Assembly: GCA_002269645.1 (NCBI GenBank)
Contig: NIVC01005151.1
Coordinates: forward strand, 1-24,670
Reading direction: 5' to 3'
Origin: Macrostomum lignano
Lineage: Eukaryota
Length of the DNA: 24,670 nt
Shown here piece after piece: positions 18,516 to 24,670 of the stretch; the first letter of the stretch is position 1, and every line of letters begins with the position of its first letter. The position numbers were made by a program, and so were the translations under genes. The notes beneath the pieces were generated by a model. That model saw nothing but the letters and a program-made list of their open reading frames with translations. It searched no databases and was not told the origin of the DNA.

Positions 18516-20066
18516 ATGACCGAAGCCACTCAAGCAGGCAGTCGGCGCTGCTCCCTGGCCACCTGCAGCGAAGCAGCTGCTGGCGCCGGAGCTCAGACAC
18601 TGCAGCCTCTGTGCCAGAGACACCTGGACCGAGACTCCGACAGAGTGCGCGAAATTCATGCCAGAGTCGAAGCGAGGCTGCAGCCTCTGAGGCTCGTTCG
18701 CGACCTGCTAAGAACGGACTCGCAGGCGCTAGAAGCGAAGCTACAGGTCACTGAGGATCTGCTCAATGCCGCCATTGAGTCGCTGATGAAGCACAAGGAA
18801 GCTGTTACGAATCGACTCACTGCCACAACTGACGCAGCAAGGCAGAAGCTGAGCGACTTCGCAGTGCTGCAGGAGTTCGACAGCTCGATGGCAGCGGCGG
18901 AAAGCGCCAACAATCTTCGAGGCATCTTTGAGCAGTGCTCTCGCATGGAGCTGGAGTGCAGCGATCTCGAAAACGCTGTGTCTGGTGGAGACGAACAAGG
19001 ACGACTGAAGCTGGGCGACGTTTGCGGAGCTCTGAGAGACTTGCAGCTGAGCATCGACAGGCAGTTCGAGGACGTGATGAAGCTGTTCGAGAGTGTTAGT
19101 CCGCTGAGAGAGGAGAAGCAGAGCATTTGTGAGTTCCACAGCGAGATCCAAGAACTCGATGGTGCGCCTGCTTGGGTTTCATGCTGCAGCAACACGAAGG
19201 GCTTCTCCGCTGATGCTTCAGGCAGCAAAGTGGTGAAGGCGGAGTCTGCGGTCGATGGTGCACAGATGCTTCCCGAGCCGTGTCTGTTCGTAGCTTTTGA
19301 TTTGCGATCCGATCTGGATTACCTTCTCGCGTGTTCGATTGACGGATCCGTGAGGCTGAAAGTTCAAGTCGACCTCGACTGGTTCACGCCAATCACAGGA
19401 CTCAGCTGTGACAGCAAGCGCCAAGCTCTGTACATCTCGCAGAAAAACGTGGTCAAGGTGTCGGACCTGAGCGGTCAGGTGTCACTCGAGATCAACTCGA
19501 GCAGCCTCGGACGGCCTGTCAGATTCATGGGGCTGACCTGCAGCTCTGACAAGATAATTGCTCTGGACAAAAGCGGCTCGGAAATGCAGCTGCTGTGCAT
19601 CGACAAAGACAGCGGCCAGCTGCAGACCTGCGTTTCTGTCGGTGGCGTGCCCAGTTCCCCAGATCGCTCGGAATCCATGTCGGTCATCGACCATGCGGTG
19701 CTGATCACTGACTGGGCAGCTAAAAAGATCTACAAAGTGTGCATCGTCAGCGGTCAGCTGATCTCGACCTACCCGACAAGCCGAAGTCGTCTTGATGAGC
19801 TTCTGAGTCCTGCAGGAGTTGTGGCTCATCGCTCAGGTCTGGTGTTCGTCAGCGAGTATAATAGGCATGTGGTTCGTGTGATGCAAAGTGACGGCACTGT
19901 GCTGCAGACTGTCGGAGTCGAGGGCGAGGCTGGCAGAGGCCGAGACAAAATGCACTGTCCGTGTGTCTTGGGCACCGTCGAAGGCGACTCAGAGCTGCTT
20001 GCCGTGTGCCAGAGGGAAGGACTGTCCATCAGATTTTACCGAGTTTCAACTGGTTCTGCCGTGTGA
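18516..20066 (+). CDS. Intronless TRIM-NHL-like protein without RING: C-x4-C-x15-C-x2-H finger, coiled coil, NHL-type beta-propeller (516 aa)
   Basis: Heptad-rich helical segment; NHL-like blades, e.g. LSPAGVVAHRSGLVFVSEYNRHVVRVMQSDGTVLQTVG. Confidence 0.8.
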   Translation: MTEATQAGSRRCSLATCSEAAAGAGAQTLQPLCQRHLDRDSDRVREIHARVEARLQPLRLVRDLLRTDSQALEAKLQVTEDLLNAAIESLMKHKEAVTNRLTATTDAARQKLSDFAVLQEFDSSMAAAESANNLRGIFEQCSRMELECSDLENAVSGGDEQGRLKLGDVCGALRDLQLSIDRQFEDVMKLFESVSPLREEKQSICEFHSEIQELDGAPAWVSCCSNTKGFSADASGSKVVKAESAVDGAQMLPEPCLFVAFDLRSDLDYLLACSIDGSVRLKVQVDLDWFTPITGLSCDSKRQALYISQKNVVKVSDLSGQVSLEINSSSLGRPVRFMGLTCSSDKIIALDKSGSEMQLLCIDKDSGQLQTCVSVGGVPSSPDRSESMSVIDHAVLITDWAAKKIYKVCIVSGQLISTYPTSRSRLDELLSPAGVVAHRSGLVFVSEYNRHVVRVMQSDGTVLQTVGVEGEAGRGRDKMHCPCVLGTVEGDSELLAVCQREGLSIRFYRVSTGSAV

Positions 20067-23000
20067 CACAAATGACTGTAAATCACCTTTCGATTCAGCT
20101 CTGCATCTGCATGTTTTTGCTTTATCAAAATGTACTATTTTTATGCTCTGCGTGTTTTGACACATGAATTGAAGCTTGACCATTATAGTTTTAGAATTTG
20201 TGCCTGGTAACAGCAGTAATTTTGTATAACAAAGCGGATTTTTACCTTAACCATGACTTCAGCAGAGAAAATGAGTTCGTCTTTGACTTTTAAATGGATG
20301 TGTTTCACCAATTTTGAGAATTTCAGTTCCAAACTTGGTGAAATTTAGTTGCAGATTTTGCATTTAGGCGTTGATATGGTTTCGCTGTTACAAGTTGTTC
20401 GCTGTTGCTGATTTAGATTTAGATTTATTAAATTATTAAATAATCAAATTTGATTATTTGATTATTAAATTTAGATTTTGCTTGAATATGAATGGGAGTT
20501 TCATTTGTGAGTTTAACTTGGTGGCAGCTAAGTTCTTCTGGCTACCTGGGTGAACGAGTGTTGAATTAGCGAATAAATCAGGTGCTATTCCGGACATGAA
20601 TGCTGGCTCTAGATTTTGGCTGTGTGATTTTATTTGTTAGGCCGAGCTCAAACATCATCTGATTTGCCGACGAACTCAGCGCAGTTCAGGCGCTGCTCTG
20701 ATGAAGAACCAAGGCTGCCAGCTTCGTAAGGCTTTGTTTGACGTCTTTGTTATTCAGCTCAGACAGTTTGACTCAAAGCATTCTCATGTGTTTGACTGCA
20801 CCATGTGAGTTGTTGCTAATCTGATGCCTGATCAGTGCTCAATTGCATGCATTGCTACTCATCTGTACTACGAGCAAACGAATCTTGAAGGTTTTTATGA
20901 GTCCTGATGACATCTGTGATAACTTTTATTGAATTTTAAAACTTCCAAATCTTTACCAGCCAAGCTAATGTACCGGTTTCTGCTGTCTTGCAGTTGGGTT
21001 TATTGATTTTTTGTGACTAGTGGTGTACTTTAGCTAACAACTGCGTGTACTTTTACCAGCAGCAGCCAATGTTGCCTCAAATACATCAGTTTGCAGAGCT
21101 GTTATTGTTGTGATGCTGTTCGACAAATTTCATTTTAAACACGATCATGCAATCAGCATCAGACAGAGCAACAAGTGCCAGCTGAGTAGATCCGAAACCC
21201 CTCAAGACTGAGCTAAGCTGAAGGCATCATTTGATGAGGTAAATTAAAAAAACTCAAGCTCTCAGATACTTAAGATTTCTTATGTTCTCCCCAATTAACC
21301 TACTGAGGCTGAGACCTGGGATTTTCTATGACCCATTTTCTATGATTTTCTATGAGACGACTCTGCACCCTCGTGGCCAATCCGATGGGATTCGGCACAG
21401 AATCCGCTCCGGTAGTTCGACTAAGCTGACATCTTTTTTCGGTGTTGTAAAAGTCCCTGAGCTGGTCCTGCGCAATGCTGATGCAGTGTCTCCCGCAGCT
21501 GATCCATTTTCTATCAAAACAATAATGAAGCATTTTAGCCTGGCGCATTCGATATATTGAAAACTTTTTGCACATTTTCAACGCCATTCTTCAAGCACAA
21601 TGTCTGACTCGAGCCCGAGCTGCTTCATCAGAGGCTGCAGCGCTGCCCCGACCGGTACCGGCGTTCGCCTCCCAGAGCCCCTGTGCGAGAGACACGTGGC
21701 TCAGGACGCTGCCGCGGTGCGCTACCTCGCACAGAAGGCGCTCGAGCAGCTGCAGCCGCTGAAGAGTCTGCGAGACGGCCTTCGAGTTCATCAGCGAGCG
21801 CTAGCAGCCGAGCTGCAGAGCGTCGAGCAGCTGTTCGAGTCGGCTGTGGAGTCGCTGCTCACCTACAAGGAATCTGTGCTCAACCGATTGACTGTGAGAC
21901 ATGAGAGCAGCCTGCAGAAGCTGAATGAGCTGTCAGTGCTGCAGGAGTATGAGATTGGCCTTACTGAAGCTGAGGCCAATGCTGACCTGAAGACATTGCT
22001 CTCACTCTCAGCTGCAGTGAGTGCGGAGTGCGGCGACTTGGATGAAAAGAGAGACAGCTTTGAGTAAGTCGGCAGAGACATTGGCGACGTGAGCGGAGGC
22101 GTGAGAGACTTTCAGCTGCTGATTGACAGGCAGCTGAGCGATGTGATGAAGCTGTGCGAGAGTGTTGGTCCGCTGAGCGAGGAGAAGCAGAGCATTTGTG
22201 AGTTCCACAGCGAGATCCAGGGACTCGGTGGTTTGCCTCTTTGGGTTTCATGCTGCAGCAACACGAAGGGCTTCTCCGCTGATGCTTCAGGCAGCAAAGT
22301 GGTGAAGGCGGAGTCTGCGGTCGATGGTGCACAGATGCTTCCCGAGCCGTGTCTGTTCGTAGCTTTTGATTTGCTATCCGATCTGGATTACCTTCTCGCG
22401 TGTTCGATTGACGGATCCGTGAGGCTGAAAGTTCATGTCGATCTCGACTGGTCCACGCCAATCACAGGACTCAGCTGTGACAGCAAGCGCCAAGCTCTGT
22501 ACATCTCGCAACAAAACTGGGTGAAGGCGTCGGACCTGAGCGGTCAGGCGTCGCTCGAGATCAACTCGAGCAGCCTCGGACGGCCAGTCACATTTATGGG
22601 GCTGACCTGCAGCTCTGACAAGATAATTGCTCTGGACAAAAGCGGCTCGGAAATGCAGCTGCTGTGCATCGACAAAGACAGCGGCCAGCTGCAGACCTGC
22701 GTTTCTGTCTGTGGCGTGCCTTATGGACAAATATTTGACGAATCCATGTCGATCATCGACCATGCGGTGCTGATTACCGATTGGGAAGCTGGTAAGCTCT
22801 ACAAAGTGTGCATTGACAGCGGTCAGCTGATCTCTACCTACCCGACTAAGCGAAGTCGTTTTGATAAGCTTCAGAGTCCTGCAGGAGTCGCTGCTCATCG
22901 CTCGGGTCTGGTGTTCGTCAGCGAGTGTTTTAATCATGTGGTTCGTGTGATGCGTAGTGACGGCACTGTGCTGCAGACTGTCGGAGTCGAGGGCGAGGCT

Positions 23001-24054
23001 GACAGTAGCGAAGACAAAATAAACCATCCGTATGGCTTGGCCATCGTTGAAGGGCACTCCGAGCTGCTTGCCGTGTGCCAGGAAGAAAGCCTCTCCATCA
23101 GATTTTACCGAGTTTCAACTGGTTCTGCTGATTGACGGCGGATGATTGTGAATTTACCTGTTATCGCCATGTTTTTGCTGAATTACAAATTTTTATTTTT
23201 ATAATCTGCATGTTGGACCAATTAATTGGAGCTGTTTTACCGCAGCCTGTGAGCACAGAATAGAAAATGAGCTCGTCTTTGATTTTTAAATGGATCTGCT
23301 TTACGAAATTGTTATGCTTTGCCAATTTTCAAAATTTCAGTTACAAACTCGGAGCACCAATTTTCGTGAATTCTGTTAGCAGACTTTACATTGACGCGTT
23401 GATTTGGTTTTCCTTTAGATCTGCTTGTAGAGCTAATCTGTGATTATGATTGATCAGGAGGTTCATCTGTGGGTTTAACTTCTAAACTACCAGGTTATTC
23501 TGGCTACCTTCGTGAATAAGTGAAGAATAAGCGAATAATCAGGTGACATTCTAAACATGAATGCTGGCGCCAGATTTTTGTCTCATCAGAGCTTCTGCCG
23601 CTTGAGGCTACTCAAAGTTGCTGTTAGAGTTTATTTGTTAAGCCGTGCTCCAATAAAATATGATTTGTATCTGTTCTATTCAGACAGTTTGACTCAAAGC
23701 ATTCTCAAGTGTTTGACTTTACCATGTGAGTTGTTGCAAATCTGATGCTTGACAGTGCTCAATTGCATGCATTTCTACTCATCTGTCTCATCTAATATTG
23801 GAGGCTTTATGAGTCCTGATAATATCTGTGATAACTTTTATTGAATTTTAAAACTTCCAAATATGTACCAGCCAAGCTAATGTACCGGTTTCTGCTGTCT
23901 TGCAGTTGGTTTTATTGATATTTTTAGTAGTAACGTACTTTAGATAACAATTGCGTTTACTTTTACCGGCAGCTGCCAATATGTTGCGTGAAATAAAGAA
24001 GTTTTCAGAGCTGTTACTGTTGTGCTGCTGTTTGACAAATTTCTTTTTAAACAC
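20067..24054 (+). repeat. Homologous 3' flanks of the two NHL genes (20067-21142 vs 23136-24054): ~3-kb tandem segmental duplication
   Basis: Shared blocks, e.g. CCAGCCAAGCTAATGTACCGGTTTCTGCTGTCTTGCAGTTGG and CAGACAGTTTGACTCAAAGCATTCTCA. Confidence 0.85.
21600..23135 (+). pseudogene. Tandem paralogue of 18516..20066 interrupted by a single in-frame TAA (22065-22067)
   Basis: ORFs 21600..22067 and 22089..23135 share one frame and together are collinear with copy 1; no other lesion seen. Confidence 0.75.
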
Positions 24055-24670
24055 AGATTCGAGGTTCTCAAGAAAGGGCGTCTTCTTCTTTAAATAACGG
24101 AATCGGAGTCGTGTGCCCCTATCGGTTACTCTAGGGTACCAAAATCATCAATTGATAATCCTCTAAGGGTATTGGAATCGGTCCGCAGATCCTATCCAAT
24201 CCCTTAGGAATAGGGGCCAGATGGAGGTTGGCCTCGTGGTCCCCGGCGCCACCCGGCGGATCCATAGTTGAGGTAGCAGGGACTGCGGACAACAGGCGCC
24301 TGGCCGCGCCACGGAGTCGCCCTCGCCGGTTGCGCTCGCGCCGCCGCTCAGTGCGGCGTTGCGCGCTGCGCTGACCTCTGCGAGTCCCTGCTGTGATGAG
24401 CTTTGCTGCCGCAGCCGAAGCGCGGGCCCGAGCCAAACGAGGTCATCCGCGCCTGATACTCTGGCCGCGATGCCAGGTGTCAGCACTATCTGCACGGGTG
24501 TGCAAATAAAATGGCTCTGCAAATAAAATGGCTCGTAGATAATGTATGCTGGCACATTGAGTGCAGCTTGGATGTTGCCGGCCAGGATGTTGAGAAATTC
24601 ACCAAAGCAGTCCTTCGTCATGCCAATTGGATAGTTTTGAAGTGGCATTGCTCCATCCAACCCCTGGAGA
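24055..24670 (-). mobile_element. Unidentified GC-rich insertion with 3' end of a minus-strand ORF, running off the window
   Basis: Homology with the copy-1 flank stops at ~24054; composition shifts; ORF is open to the window edge; 17-bp tandem duplication at 24501-24534. No family recognised. Confidence 0.3.

Overview
Eukaryotic (metazoan) genomic DNA. The repeat-stuffed introns, GC-rich exons and AT-rich spacers resemble a free-living flatworm such as Macrostomum, but that is inference only. Left to right: the last two exons of a probable RNA polymerase III subunit RPC5/POLR3E (+), separated by an intron made almost wholly of minisatellite; two more minisatellites; and a two-exon muscarinic/aminergic-like class A GPCR (-, 16574->2704). 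The GPCR's ~12.5 kb phase-0 intron holds an 80-bp perfect inverted repeat, a 59-bp satellite, a MITE, a ~700-bp (GATA)n tract and a young full-length Ty3/Gypsy LTR retrotransposon (5812-14993, TTAC TSD, ~1.12 kb LTRs, gag / -1 frameshift / PR-RT-RH-IN). Next come two tandem intronless zinc finger-coiled coil-NHL-like propeller genes (+), the second with an in-frame stop, and an unidentified GC-rich insertion at the right edge. The most unusual observations are: (i) each LTR carries a tandem array of LTR-end + perfect tRNA-Leu primer-binding-site units, while the PBS in the canonical position is imperfect; (ii) the NHL paralogues are near-identical in framework but differ in patches at predicted ligand-face loops; (iii) Pol has a ~350-aa RNaseH-integrase linker with five 27-aa acidic repeats; (iv) U3 is built from palindromic pairs of stress-type transcription factor motifs.
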